NCBI GenBank assembly: GCA_030147335.1
Contig: JASKZZ010000083.1
Coordinates: 1 to 35,300, forward strand
DNA length: 35,300 nt
From: Herpetosiphonaceae bacterium
GTDB taxonomy: Bacteria > Chloroflexota > Chloroflexia > Chloroflexales > Kallotenuaceae
Reading direction: 5' to 3'
Shown here: positions 9,431 to 18,599 of the stretch, in pieces
How positions within the stretch are numbered: position 1 is the stretch's first letter
How the letters are laid out: each line of letters begins with the position of its first letter
Notes under the pieces: model-generated
What the model saw: only the letters and a program-made list of their open reading frames with translations
What the model was told of the DNA's origin: nothing
Databases searched by the model: none
Program-made: the position numbers and the translations under genes

Positions 9431-9457
9431 GGCATCCGGGGAAATTCCCCGGATGCC
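9431..9457 (+). terminator. GC-rich hairpin directly after the stop of the 7431..9428 gene (11-bp stem, 5-nt loop); possible terminator without a U-tract
   Basis: ggcatccgggg-aaatt-ccccggatgcc is followed only by tt. The same core recurs inverted at 25309-25331. Confidence 0.45.
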
Positions 9458-9571
9458 TTGACCTCAAAACGATCAATCGTGCGGGGGACCAATGGGCTAG
9501 CTGGTACTGGCCGTAATGGGTTATCCCCTGACTGATCGAAACATAGTATAAGAAGTAGGATCACGTTAGCT

Positions 9572-11287
9572 TTGCTGCATTCTCTACTGCATCTATGCTA
9601 CGTGACCTCCCATCAACGGTTGAATACGATGATAACGCTGCCAGGCAGAAAACCAACTGCCGCTGAAACCGCAATATTAGAACGAGCCGGCCACGTCACA
9701 CTTTGGCGAGACTGGATTGCGTATCTTAAAGCCCATCTGGACCTGCTGGCTGTCGAGGACATTGAGTCAGACCCTCGACAATTAAGTCAAGGTCAATTCG
9801 AGAATCACGCGGACAATCCTGGTACGAGGCGTAATGTGTCCAGCGCGGTGTTGAAGGGCATCAAGCCAGCGCAACGTGCTATTTATGATACAGTGCGTGA
9901 ACATCGTCGCAGTGTGGTTCAAGCACAGCTGGAGAACGAAGAGCGACAGGACGGTGGCCGGTATCGACCGCATGTCGATACCAGCAAGGTTGACAAGACA
10001 ACCTTGGAGCAGTTGCTGCAAGAAGCGCGTGGAGGTGATACGGGTGTTGGTAAATTCCCGCGCTCCGTTGATCAATGGTACTCCATTAATACAACGACGC
10101 TCGATGAGTCGCCGCCAGCCGTTGAATATAGCGCCAAGCCGTCAGAAAAGGTGGGGCAGCGCAATCTTATCCTTATTGCGGCGCTGGTGTTACTGGCACC
10201 GATTGCGATGTATATGGCGTGGCCAGCGTCACCGGCGGCACGTGCGGCTAAAGCGCGGCCTGCGCTGACTATTGATGGAATTGTGCCAGCAGTCTGGCAG
10301 ATTTCTGAAGCAACAGGTATCGAGGCTACCGGAGCTGTTAAGGTATTTTCCCTTGTCGATGAACCGAGCGCATCGTGGTCAGATCAGGGTGATGAAACAG
10401 CGAGCGGTATGTGGCATAGCACGTCAACCTATCCAGTAGAAATTTGTTTGCCGGCAGGCGCAGTTAACAACCTTTCGACCTTGCGGTTGAAGGGGACGGG
10501 CACCACGCCGGAACGCACATACACGCTCACTTCATCAGCGCCATCCAACCCTGATGTTCTGGTTGCATCGTGCAGCGCATCCTACGGAACATGGAAACAC
10601 TACGGCACGTTATCGAATGTTGCGCCGATTGAATCGTTTGACCAGGGTGATGCCGTATCGTTGCCGGATGACCAGACAGTGACGTTGAAGTCAGTGCGAG
10701 TCATCGGTCCAGGTGAGGGGTTTTTAACCGATGGTAAGTTTCAGGTTGTACTGCAGGTGCAGGCTCCAAAAGCCTTCGCATGGGGCAGCTTTAACCCGAC
10801 ACTCACATTGCGTGATGGACAAGCGGTATTGAACCAAACACCGGACAAGGATGGCGAGTACACCCGCCTTACCTACTCGGTCGCGCAGTGGACAGGCGAT
10901 GTGGAAGCATCATGGACATTGACTGTGCCGGGTACGTTGGAAAGCAAGCGCTGGCGCTTCCAGTTGCAGGAACCACCGACGCATGAAGCACTGATCCGGC
11001 AGTCCCTGCAGGTGTCAGCGGTGGATGCGCAACCAACGCTATCCGGTGAGTCAATCATGATCCAGTTCAAGTTGCACAATACCGGGTCAACACCGCTCCT
11101 CATCAAGCCGACAGATGTTCAGCTAGAGCAATCATCCGGACGAATCACCATTCCTGATGTTGCTGAAATGAGCAAACCACTTGATCCTGGCGAGCAGCGG
11201 GTCGTACAGTTAAAGGTGACCAGCCTACGGACGGACCAAGAAGCAATACTGACTGTGGGTGTTGCGCGGTTCAGAATTCAGTTCTAA
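9572..11287 (+). CDS. Bitopic membrane protein (about 200-aa cytoplasmic N-domain, one TM, about 350-aa beta-rich ectodomain); possible T4SS scaffold component
   Basis: TTG 9572 lies 11 nt after AGGA; an alternative start is ATG 9629 (MITLPGRK). The single TM is LILIAALVLLAPIAMYMAW. The C-terminal segment IMIQFKLHNTGSTPLLIKPTDVQLEQSSG...LDPGEQRVVQLKV resembles Ig-like DUF4352-type domains. It is the last gene before the terminator. Confidence 0.55.
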   Translation: MLHSLLHLCYVTSHQRLNTMITLPGRKPTAAETAILERAGHVTLWRDWIAYLKAHLDLLAVEDIESDPRQLSQGQFENHADNPGTRRNVSSAVLKGIKPAQRAIYDTVREHRRSVVQAQLENEERQDGGRYRPHVDTSKVDKTTLEQLLQEARGGDTGVGKFPRSVDQWYSINTTTLDESPPAVEYSAKPSEKVGQRNLILIAALVLLAPIAMYMAWPASPAARAAKARPALTIDGIVPAVWQISEATGIEATGAVKVFSLVDEPSASWSDQGDETASGMWHSTSTYPVEICLPAGAVNNLSTLRLKGTGTTPERTYTLTSSAPSNPDVLVASCSASYGTWKHYGTLSNVAPIESFDQGDAVSLPDDQTVTLKSVRVIGPGEGFLTDGKFQVVLQVQAPKAFAWGSFNPTLTLRDGQAVLNQTPDKDGEYTRLTYSVAQWTGDVEASWTLTVPGTLESKRWRFQLQEPPTHEALIRQSLQVSAVDAQPTLSGESIMIQFKLHNTGSTPLLIKPTDVQLEQSSGRITIPDVAEMSKPLDPGEQRVVQLKVTSLRTDQEAILTVGVARFRIQF

Positions 11288-11373
11288 GAGACGACTTACA
11301 ACCGAGGCCCCAGCAGCGAGGGCATGAGTAATATCGCGTTGCGGTTGAGGGACCTACGTTCTTAAAGTTTTTT

Positions 11374-11420
11374 AAGAGCGCCCGATGGAGGCAGAAATGC
11401 GTCCGCGGGCGCTCTTTTTT
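11374..11420 (+). terminator. Rho-independent terminator ending the first operon
   Basis: aagagcgcccg (11374-11384) pairs with cgggcgctctt (11406-11416) and is followed by a T-run to 11420. Confidence 0.75.
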
Positions 11421-11592
11421 GTTAAGTTTTTATACCGATCAGGATGAAGGGGGTGTTGCTCAACACAACAACATAATCGCCTGCATCACCTGGCCACCCT
11501 GATATTGGCCCATGTTCGCCCAATCACTCAGGTTCGTGTATCGCATCGGTTTCGTCAACAACCTGTTTTACTTGTAAAGGATCGTTGTACAC

Positions 11593-11823
11593 ATGGACGC
11601 AATTAGCGGAGCATTAACATCACTTACTGACCAGCTGATGAGTTTGTCAGTGCCTCTCGCAATTCTTGGTGTTGTTGTTTTCATTCTGTCGTTTCTGATT
11701 TCCCCATTGCTGCCGGATGCTATGGGCAGTATGAAGGGCTACATTTCACGCGCTATGTTGGGCGTTGCGTTTCTTAGCTTTGTACCAGCCATCATGACGG
11801 GTCTTGCCGGACTAGGTGGTTAA
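11593..11823 (+). CDS. 76-aa two-TM hairpin protein, VirB2/TrbC pilin-like topology
   Basis: AAAGGA RBS precedes the start. The layout is a short hydrophilic N-terminus, TM1 SVPLAILGVVVFILSFLISPLL, a loop PDAMGSMKGYISRA and TM2 MLGVAFLSFVPAIMTGLAGLGG. It is the first gene of the operon carrying VirB3-like and VirB4-like genes. The call rests on topology and context only. Confidence 0.5.
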   Translation: MDAISGALTSLTDQLMSLSVPLAILGVVVFILSFLISPLLPDAMGSMKGYISRAMLGVAFLSFVPAIMTGLAGLGG

Positions 11824-11919
11824 GTTCGTGTTGGACGGGCCAGCTTCAATCATTGCGGCTGGCCCGATGTGTACCGGACGAAATGTATTACATAACTGAT
11901 CGCGGAGTGGAGTTTTGGG

Positions 11920-12480
11920 ATGGCCTACGAGCAACTTGAAGAAATACGATCCAGAAAACGCGAGAAGGTCGCCATGTTTTTGACAGCAGAAAACATGGGT
12001 GGGCTATTAATGGCAACGCTGCCCGTGTATATTGCCACAGCCCAATTTCAATCATTCTTTTTGCGCATGGTGTTGCTGGTGCTGGCGGCCGTGCTTGGTG
12101 TCGTCATCACGTTCGAGATCGGCGGACTCGCGCTCTACGAGCGACTTCTATGGCGACTCCGTGGGCTCATGCGAGTACAAACAGCGGGAGCGTTGATTAA
12201 TCCCGATCAATTTTCGGTTGTGCCCTCGACCACGTATGTGGAGGCACTTCCAGCTGACGGACCAATCAGTATGTTGCCGGTCATCAAGCACGACACGTCC
12301 TTTCGTGGTCGTCGTATTGGAGTACCGGAGATACCAAAGCAAAGTACCACAAATGTTTCCGAACGTTGCGCTGCATCCCAATTGTCGCCGTTCGATGAGG
12401 TAATGGAAGCTGAGGCGCAGCGAGAAACACGACAAGCAGCACAGTCAACAGCGGAGGAAGCAGTCTATGCAAACGTTTAA
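11920..12480 (+). CDS. PrgI/VirB3-like small membrane protein
   Basis: GGAGTGGAG RBS precedes the start. The N-terminal charged segment is followed by REKVAMFLTAENMGGLLMATLPVYI and a second TM, LRMVLLVLAAVLGVVITFEIGGLAL, the layout of PrgI-family proteins. The 3' end overlaps the VirB4-like start by 14 nt. Confidence 0.55.
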   Translation: MAYEQLEEIRSRKREKVAMFLTAENMGGLLMATLPVYIATAQFQSFFLRMVLLVLAAVLGVVITFEIGGLALYERLLWRLRGLMRVQTAGALINPDQFSVVPSTTYVEALPADGPISMLPVIKHDTSFRGRRIGVPEIPKQSTTNVSERCAASQLSPFDEVMEAEAQRETRQAAQSTAEEAVYANV

Positions 12481-14791
12481 GCTAGGCTCGTTTCCAATCG
12501 AGCAGATCAGTGATCTTCATGGTCTTGAATGGCGACTCGGTCAATGGTTTGCCGCACGATCCTATCCGGTCCGGCAGATTGCTGTGTCACGGCGCTTCGA
12601 TATGCGAACACCGATTAACAAGCTGACACAAACGCAAATCGACATGATGCGCTTGGCTCGCAAGGCTGAACCATTGCTTGTCGCTATTGAGGACCTGTTT
12701 GAACATGAACGGGGCAACCCGGCCGCTGTGCTCGCAGCGTATGACCAGGATGAGCAGCGCTGGTTAACACAACTTTTGCCGCAACACAAAGGACTTCAAG
12801 CATTTGTCCGCAATGTGTTTGCGGGAACGCAGGTTGCGGACGATGAAGCGCTCCGCTATTGGGCAGTTATTGCTGAACACATCACCATGTCAATCTGGCC
12901 GCTACCCTGGCAAAAAGAAATGACCCGCTTTTATCAAGCCCTTGAAGATCGCCACCTGCGCAGCATCGAGCACTATATGCTGACCTGGGAAGGCGGGGAT
13001 ATCAGCGGCCAGGCGATACAGGCACAACTGCGGAATGCGTTTGGACGTGACGTGGCGATTGTTGAGGGCACGCCGCCAATTGTTGGCTGCCCGTACACCG
13101 AACAATCAACCAAGCTTGTCCCGACCCAGCCTGGACACCCCTACTATGCTGTGCTTCACAGCTATGAGGTGCGTGGACAGTGGGACGCGACCACACTCCA
13201 TCCATTACTGGAAGGAAACTTTGACCTGTCAGTGGTTATTGACGTTGAAACATTGCCGCGGAACAAGGCAATGCGCGTTGCCGAAACGGCCCATGCAACA
13301 GCAAAAATGGTTCAGCGCGACGACAAGCTTATTGATACACGTGCCGCGCGTGTGTTCCAAGACTCTGAGCGCGTGATGCATGAGCTAAGTGTGCAGTCGC
13401 TGCACCTTGTTACAATCGCTGTGCTGGTATCCGGTGAAACCGAGCAGGCGCTTGAAGATAATATCGCCGAGGTCATCAGCCGCCTCGGCACAACATTGCG
13501 CTTGACCCGAGTTGCGGGAGCACAGGGCGAGCTTATCAAGTTATGGTCTCCCATTCCGACCAACCGCCTCGATATCCCGGCTAAGCCGTGGAACATGATG
13601 TCGCATGGTGTTGGCTGCTGCGCAGGCATTATTGGCTATCATCGAGCCAGCTCCACCAACGGTATTTTGTGGGGGCTTGACGCTGTTCGTCGAGCACCGC
13701 TATTTCACGACCCGTTTGCAAACAACCAGGCCGCGCACATGTGCATCCTGGGAAAAACCGGTTACGGGAAAACATGGTTCCTGAACCAGATTACGATGCG
13801 TGCGTCAGCCATTGCCGGATGGAAAATCATCGGCATCGACGCGTTCCGCAACGGCGAGCGCATTGAGCGTGCGGCGCGAGTGGGCGCCCGTTGCAACTGG
13901 ATTGGCCTTGAAAGCTCCGTCAACATTCTTGATATCGTGTACGACAAAGCAGAAGAAGGCGGCTGGATTGGTAAACAGGTGCAGCATGTCATTGGCCAGC
14001 TGGCCATGCTCCTGGGCGAGCCGGGAACAAACGCGAATGGGGAAGAAGAACTGTTGCCCCGGCGATTTTCGATTGCGGAGCGCGGCCTGCTCGACCAAGC
14101 GTTGTCGGCGATGTACAGCCACGTTGATCCGGATGCGCATGTCAGCAACATGCCGATTCTGAGTGACCTGATTGCGCTGCTTGAGGAGATCGGCGAGGAA
14201 GAAACTGATTGGTTGGCGCGTGATATGCGGTTGTTTCTAAGTGGGTCAATGGCAGCAAGTTTTGATGCAACCACCACCGTCGATTGGGATTTTGCCTCCG
14301 ATATCAACTATTTCGACTTTTCAAATGTGCCGGAAACGCTGCGCGCGTTTTACTACGGGCAGGCCGTTGGCGCGATTAACCGCTTCATGCGTGATCCGCA
14401 TCGTGACCTTTCCCGTCCCACGCTGCTCTTGATTGACGAGTTTCATTATGTCACCAAGACCGAGGCGGTGGCACGCATGGCAGCAGAGATCGCCAAAGTC
14501 GCGCGCAAGTACCGGCTGGCCGTTGTTCCGGTCGATCAAAACCCCGCGACCTTTTTGGACAACAAGTATGGGCTGTTTATTTTCGAGAACAGCACCGGCA
14601 AAGTGTTGTTTCACCTCGACGACCTTCCGGCACAGCGTATGGGCGACGCAATCAGCGACCTGACGCCGGATCACGTGGCATTTCTGTCGCAGGCGGTCGC
14701 CGGCCAGTCGATCATGATTTTCAACAATGATGTGTATGTCGCACATGTTGAAACCAATCCTAAAGAAACACGTGCGTTTGCAGGAAGTTAG
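12467..14791 (+). CDS. VirB4/TrsE/PrgJ-like type IV secretion ATPase
   Basis: GGAGGA RBS precedes the start. Walker A is ILGKTGYGKTWFLN and Walker B is PTLLLIDEFHYV, followed by RKYRLAVVPVDQNPATFL. The 774-aa length and its position after a VirB3-like gene both fit. Confidence 0.88.
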   Translation: MQTFKLGSFPIEQISDLHGLEWRLGQWFAARSYPVRQIAVSRRFDMRTPINKLTQTQIDMMRLARKAEPLLVAIEDLFEHERGNPAAVLAAYDQDEQRWLTQLLPQHKGLQAFVRNVFAGTQVADDEALRYWAVIAEHITMSIWPLPWQKEMTRFYQALEDRHLRSIEHYMLTWEGGDISGQAIQAQLRNAFGRDVAIVEGTPPIVGCPYTEQSTKLVPTQPGHPYYAVLHSYEVRGQWDATTLHPLLEGNFDLSVVIDVETLPRNKAMRVAETAHATAKMVQRDDKLIDTRAARVFQDSERVMHELSVQSLHLVTIAVLVSGETEQALEDNIAEVISRLGTTLRLTRVAGAQGELIKLWSPIPTNRLDIPAKPWNMMSHGVGCCAGIIGYHRASSTNGILWGLDAVRRAPLFHDPFANNQAAHMCILGKTGYGKTWFLNQITMRASAIAGWKIIGIDAFRNGERIERAARVGARCNWIGLESSVNILDIVYDKAEEGGWIGKQVQHVIGQLAMLLGEPGTNANGEEELLPRRFSIAERGLLDQALSAMYSHVDPDAHVSNMPILSDLIALLEEIGEEETDWLARDMRLFLSGSMAASFDATTTVDWDFASDINYFDFSNVPETLRAFYYGQAVGAINRFMRDPHRDLSRPTLLLIDEFHYVTKTEAVARMAAEIAKVARKYRLAVVPVDQNPATFLDNKYGLFIFENSTGKVLFHLDDLPAQRMGDAISDLTPDHVAFLSQAVAGQSIMIFNNDVYVAHVETNPKETRAFAGS

Positions 14792-14799
14792 ATTGCACC

Positions 14800-17289
14800 A
14801 TGTCACTACTTCGAACATCAACATTATGGTCTATTCAAGACCTGCCGCAAAAACTTACTGATCCTGAAGCTGGGTTCTTGAACGCCCTGCAACAGCACAT
14901 TGATCTTGCGGGTCAGGGTTTAATCACTGTCCTGATGCAGATTGGCACACAACAGAAATCCTATGTACGTGTGTACGGATGTGGATCGTGCCAAGTCGAG
15001 CGCTGTGTTGCCGGTTGTCGGGTCCGCCTACTGGAACGTGTTATCCGGTCCGGGTGGAAAGGAACATCACTCTCGCATGTATCACAGGGGCTGGTGGCGC
15101 GACCGTACACGCGGGTCTACATCGGCATGCCGATGTATGATGCCGAGCCGCTTGATGGAACACTCCTACACTCGTGGCAGGAGGCCCGGCTAACGCTCCA
15201 CTGGCACAAAGGCCGCATGCCTCAGCCTGAGCAAAAGTCACTTCTTCGCCACACACCAGGATTGCTGCGCAAACGAATCATGGTTAGTGCGGTGCTGGTG
15301 TTGGGCAAAGAAGGGCCGGATGACCCGCAGCTTATTTTCGGTTCGCGAAAATGGAAATTCGTCCCTGCGGACAAGCTTCACCTGCCGTTGCTCAATTGGT
15401 ATGGCGGTCCGGAGATTCGGGCGCCACGTCTGTTCATGGGCACGCCCAGTACCATCTCGCCCCATCTGTTACTTCCAGATCCACGTGACCCGCACACCAA
15501 TCCGGAGCCAGACCTACCGGATTTTGGAAACGTTCCACACGATAAAGCCGTGATCGCCCATGCGAATGCCACTGCGATCTCGCGCCAGTTGCATGAGGCA
15601 GGCGCGCGGGTGGAGTTTCTTGATCTAAATGGTGATCTGTGGACGGCAACACTGGCAGCGATTCATCCTGCGGGTATGCAATCATTTCTGACCGAGCTTA
15701 GCGCTGCCCATGCCGGTCTGTATGTTAAGAGTGTAGCGAAGGCTGTTGTGGGACTGCGCAACACATCTGAACACGTCCCTGCAATGCTGCCGCCGGTGCT
15801 CAAGCTGGGAACGTTGCGTGAAGGGCAAATCCGGTATCGACCGATCGGGAGCACCCATCACATGATTGTAAGTGGCCCGTCACTGGCCGGTATTCTAGCT
15901 GGCCTGGTCGCGCCACTGGTCGATGGCCGCTCGGATGTGCGAATTGGTGTCCTTGATGTCGCCGATGGCAAGATTGCGTCTGTTCTCGGAAACGTGCCGC
16001 GCCGGTTACCGACTGTTCGGGCCGATGATGAGCAAGAATTGCTTGGTGTGGTAAGCAGCGTCAACGGCACCGGCGTACCGGTGATGGTGATTGTGCATGC
16101 CAACGATGCCGAACGCTGCCGCAAAGCCGTTATCCCACTGATGCGAGCCGCCTCGTACCTTAATATCTCGCTGGTTATTGCAACTCATGATGAGGAAATT
16201 ATCCCGGAGCGTATACGCAATCGCGTGCCTGTGCTGCGCATTTCTAATCGACAGGCACACTGGGAATCACCATATGGCGCTTACTACGAGTGGGGCCGCA
16301 TGACCCCCTTGCGCCTGCCGTTCCGCGATCCCGAATTGCCGTGGTCGCTGCCGGACTCGGCAACAGTTCCGAATTTAATTGAACGTGATCAGTATTGGGT
16401 TACACCAGATCATCTGACTGACACACTTGTTCCAGGATTAAGAGAGCTTCTGGAAGAGCAATCGAAAGCAGATGGTAATACCGAATCAGAGGGCGAGAGC
16501 AAAACTCCGCCAAGTGATGCGTCGTCTGAGCAGAACGATGCAGTTGATGGTCCTGAAATCAAGCCGGTGGCCGAGCAAGCAAAGCCTGCCGTTCAGCTGT
16601 TTCGATTTGATGCAACCAACACACTAATAGTAGATGACGAGTTACTTGGGCCTGTGTTGCAATGGATGAATAGTCGAACAACTGAGCCGACGATTAGCAT
16701 CAAGCAGCTCATGACTCAATACAACATACCAAAAGAAGCTGCAACCCAGATTTTCGAGTCGCTTAAGGGCCGACGTATTACGAAACACGAAAAGCGGACG
16801 GGCCACTTGTACTACGAAACAGTTGCAGAAGCAATCAGCAATGGCCACCTAGCAGACGGACCGTGGGCGGTGCCTGTCGAGGTAGATCCGGTTGATGCGA
16901 CAGCTTCGCCAGGATTTGATAGCGACGCAGATGAAACAACGACGCAACCGGTAATGTCGGACGAGAACACTGTCCTTGAACACCATGCGGGAGCGATCGA
17001 TGAAGCCGCTCCCGATGACAACACCGTGGTAACTACAAATGGTGCACCTGTTCTCGTTGAGGGTGCCGGATTATGGCAACTAACCGGAGTACAGGCCGGT
17101 GCTGAAAACGCTGATGCTACAGCAACGCTTGAATTGGCTGAAACGCTTGATTTCGGTTTTGACCGTGAAGATGCGATGGAAACCAACGTCTGGGAAAGTG
17201 ACGCGCTGATTATTGAAACACACACACCGGTAGTTAGCACTGACGCGGATGGTCATATGAGACAAGATGAGACACGAGGTGCGCAATGA
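14800..17289 (+). CDS. FtsK/SpoIIIE-like protein with degenerate nucleotide-binding motifs, N-terminal Cys4 cluster and acidic C-terminal region
   Basis: The core region resembles the FtsK motor-domain layout (...LKLGTLREGQIRYRPIGSTHHMIVSGPSLAGILAGLVAPL ... GVPVMVIVHANDAERC ... ISLVIATHDEEIIPERIRNRVPVLRISNRQ). However, the P-loop reads GPSLAGIL (no Lys-Ser/Thr) and the Walker B position reads VIVHAND. The Cys cluster is CGSCQVERCVAGC. A putative winged-helix is TISIKQLMTQYNIPKEAATQIFESLKGRRIT. Confidence 0.45.
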   Translation: MSLLRTSTLWSIQDLPQKLTDPEAGFLNALQQHIDLAGQGLITVLMQIGTQQKSYVRVYGCGSCQVERCVAGCRVRLLERVIRSGWKGTSLSHVSQGLVARPYTRVYIGMPMYDAEPLDGTLLHSWQEARLTLHWHKGRMPQPEQKSLLRHTPGLLRKRIMVSAVLVLGKEGPDDPQLIFGSRKWKFVPADKLHLPLLNWYGGPEIRAPRLFMGTPSTISPHLLLPDPRDPHTNPEPDLPDFGNVPHDKAVIAHANATAISRQLHEAGARVEFLDLNGDLWTATLAAIHPAGMQSFLTELSAAHAGLYVKSVAKAVVGLRNTSEHVPAMLPPVLKLGTLREGQIRYRPIGSTHHMIVSGPSLAGILAGLVAPLVDGRSDVRIGVLDVADGKIASVLGNVPRRLPTVRADDEQELLGVVSSVNGTGVPVMVIVHANDAERCRKAVIPLMRAASYLNISLVIATHDEEIIPERIRNRVPVLRISNRQAHWESPYGAYYEWGRMTPLRLPFRDPELPWSLPDSATVPNLIERDQYWVTPDHLTDTLVPGLRELLEEQSKADGNTESEGESKTPPSDASSEQNDAVDGPEIKPVAEQAKPAVQLFRFDATNTLIVDDELLGPVLQWMNSRTTEPTISIKQLMTQYNIPKEAATQIFESLKGRRITKHEKRTGHLYYETVAEAISNGHLADGPWAVPVEVDPVDATASPGFDSDADETTTQPVMSDENTVLEHHAGAIDEAAPDDNTVVTTNGAPVLVEGAGLWQLTGVQAGAENADATATLELAETLDFGFDREDAMETNVWESDALIIETHTPVVSTDADGHMRQDETRGAQ

Positions 17290-18578
17290 GTAGCCACAGC
17301 AAAACTTCACAACCACTGGGAATGGGATTTGACAAAGCCCGTGGCAACAAGCCGGCGCATCCAGATGCGCCACGGTGGATACTCGCGATTATTAGCCTGG
17401 TCGTAGTCCTGATTGGCATATTCGGTGCTTCGATGGTGGAAGCCGTGGAACGCAACAGTGTCTCGTTCCAGGCATATATGCTTGAGCGCAGCACTGCTGT
17501 GAACAAGCTGGTCTGGTATTTCCAGATGGCTGCAATGGGCATTGGACTGCTTACAGCAATTGGCTATGTGTTGATTCCAGTTCGCTGGTGGTGGTGGCGA
17601 AAAACCATACGGGGATTTAGCGGTGAGTATATGGCTGTGGTTCTTCCCCGTCCCGACGGTAAGACCACGTCTACGAGTAATAATCCTGACGCTCCATTTG
17701 TATTCTGGGATCGCCTGTTCAAGATTATCGGACGTGCCAAGAATAAATCATCCAACGCATATCTCGCGGCAGAGCTGTGGGGGAGTGGAAGCGGTCGTGT
17801 CCAATGGGCGTTCTACCTGCCCTCAACTCTGCAAACAGAGCGCGAAGCCATCCGGCGCTTAATTACAGCTGAACGACCACAAGCACGCCTGGTCACGATG
17901 CCTGACCCTTTGGAAAAAGCGTTAAGCCTCGACCCAAGTGATCCAAATGACACGGGTGAGCGTTACTACGCCGGCGCAGTTCTCAACCTTCGAACGCGAG
18001 ATTTTTATCCGTTGCCGGTTGACGGACTGATGCTTCCTTCATTGGTCAGTACATTGCGACCGCGTACTGGAGTGCTAAGAAGTGGTGTTTCAGTCGTTGT
18101 CTCACCTGCAAGCTATCTATGGGCCAGACGAGTCAACCAACTTGTCCAACGATGGTTATATCACAGCCACGACTATAAATGGGACCAGCGCTTCGGTGAG
18201 GAAACAAAAGACATCAGGATGAAGGTTCAACAGAACCATGCTCGCACGTGCGTGCGCGTCCAGGTCATTGCTACAACCAAAGACGGAGCGGTAGCTGAGC
18301 GGGACGCCTTGATTACGTCATTGGAAAGCAGCGAAAGACAGTATAGCCTTACATCTCAGTCGCTTAAGGTTCGCAAAAAGATTGTGCTTCAGCTGCGCAA
18401 ACCTGCCCCGACGAAAAAACCCGGTGCCATTGAGGTGCCAGCACATATGCCTGCGGGGGGGCGGCCATCGGCTACTGACGTCGTGGTACGTGAAATTCCA
18501 GCCGAGTTTCGTGTGCGGGCTCCGTTCCGCCCTGACATTCGCAATTTGTTCATCATCCCGTTCCCTCCATTTTCTTAG
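17286..18578 (+). CDS. Two-TM membrane protein with about 330-aa cytoplasmic domain; candidate membrane partner of the downstream coupling ATPase
   Basis: ATGA overlap with the upstream gene. TMs are WILAIISLVVVLIGIFGASMV and VWYFQMAAMGIGLLTAIGYVLIPV. It is in the same reading frame as 18600..20792, separated only by two TAG codons (18576, 18585). Confidence 0.55.
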   Translation: MSSHSKTSQPLGMGFDKARGNKPAHPDAPRWILAIISLVVVLIGIFGASMVEAVERNSVSFQAYMLERSTAVNKLVWYFQMAAMGIGLLTAIGYVLIPVRWWWWRKTIRGFSGEYMAVVLPRPDGKTTSTSNNPDAPFVFWDRLFKIIGRAKNKSSNAYLAAELWGSGSGRVQWAFYLPSTLQTEREAIRRLITAERPQARLVTMPDPLEKALSLDPSDPNDTGERYYAGAVLNLRTRDFYPLPVDGLMLPSLVSTLRPRTGVLRSGVSVVVSPASYLWARRVNQLVQRWLYHSHDYKWDQRFGEETKDIRMKVQQNHARTCVRVQVIATTKDGAVAERDALITSLESSERQYSLTSQSLKVRKKIVLQLRKPAPTKKPGAIEVPAHMPAGGRPSATDVVVREIPAEFRVRAPFRPDIRNLFIIPFPPFS

Positions 18579-18599
18579 ATTGCATAGGACGTAGCGTAT

